A stretch of DNA of 41,440 nucleotides, taken from a virus. Its lineage: Duplodnaviria > Heunggongvirae > Uroviricota > Caudoviricetes. Shown here one piece after another: positions 41,439-41,440 of the stretch. Under the pieces are notes generated by a model. The model saw only the letters and a list, made by a program, of their open reading frames with translations, was not told where the DNA came from and did not search any database. Position 1 is the stretch's first letter. Each line of letters begins with the position of its first letter. The position numbers and the translations under genes are program-made. Where the stretch lies: positions 1 through 41,440 of IMG/VR virus record IMGVR_UViG_3300037245_003487; one strand, given 5' to 3'.

Positions 41439-41440
41439 AA

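Noticed and set aside
1-41440. Stop-codon reassignment (code 15 or 4), common in some large phages
   Set aside because: TAG, TGA and TAA all end genes with the next start immediately coupled (e.g. TAG 17380-17382 then ATG 17383; ATGA at 8184-8187), and long conserved genes are intact in code 11
1-41440. tRNA or rRNA genes expected near cca
   Set aside because: No T-loop GTTCRA motif in a cloverleaf context was found by eye; tRNAscan-SE would be decisive
38312-41440. Maf-like gene as host chromosome flanking a prophage
   Set aside because: Upstream ORFs are small overlapping phage-type genes, the phage promoter motif sits just past its stop, and no integrase, att site or flagellar genes are visible

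Overview
The window is a very AT-rich, densely packed stretch of about 125 mostly small ORFs (standard code 11). It reads as the accessory/early-gene region of a large lytic bacteriophage (inference), because no capsid, terminase, polymerase, rRNA, tRNA or CRISPR array is visible. Genes run on the + strand from 1 to about 21.6 kb and on the - strand from about 22.4 kb to the end, converging on an unusual non-coding junction at about 21.8-22.3 kb. Recognisable products are a ThyX-like thymidylate synthase beside DUF1599 and DUF4406 genes, a CCA-adding enzyme with an HD domain followed by an internally deleted RlaP-like nucleotidyltransferase remnant, a macrodomain, a SLOG/DUF2493 protein, a YkgJ-like protein, a lytic transglycosylase, and a 902-aa Maf/DUF115-type protein with TPR-like repeats (flagellin nonulosonate-transferase family) embedded among phage ORFs. 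Non-coding structure is rich: seven sigma70-like promoters share an exactly spaced upstream motif (TTGTAA-N6-TGTAAA-N5-TT[G/T]ACT), and there is a 40-bp dispersed repeat, an iteron-like array, terminators with a shared UUAAUU loop and a candidate ~70-nt sRNA. Several paralogous families of unknown function also occur. All family assignments come from motif recognition by eye; no database searches were run.
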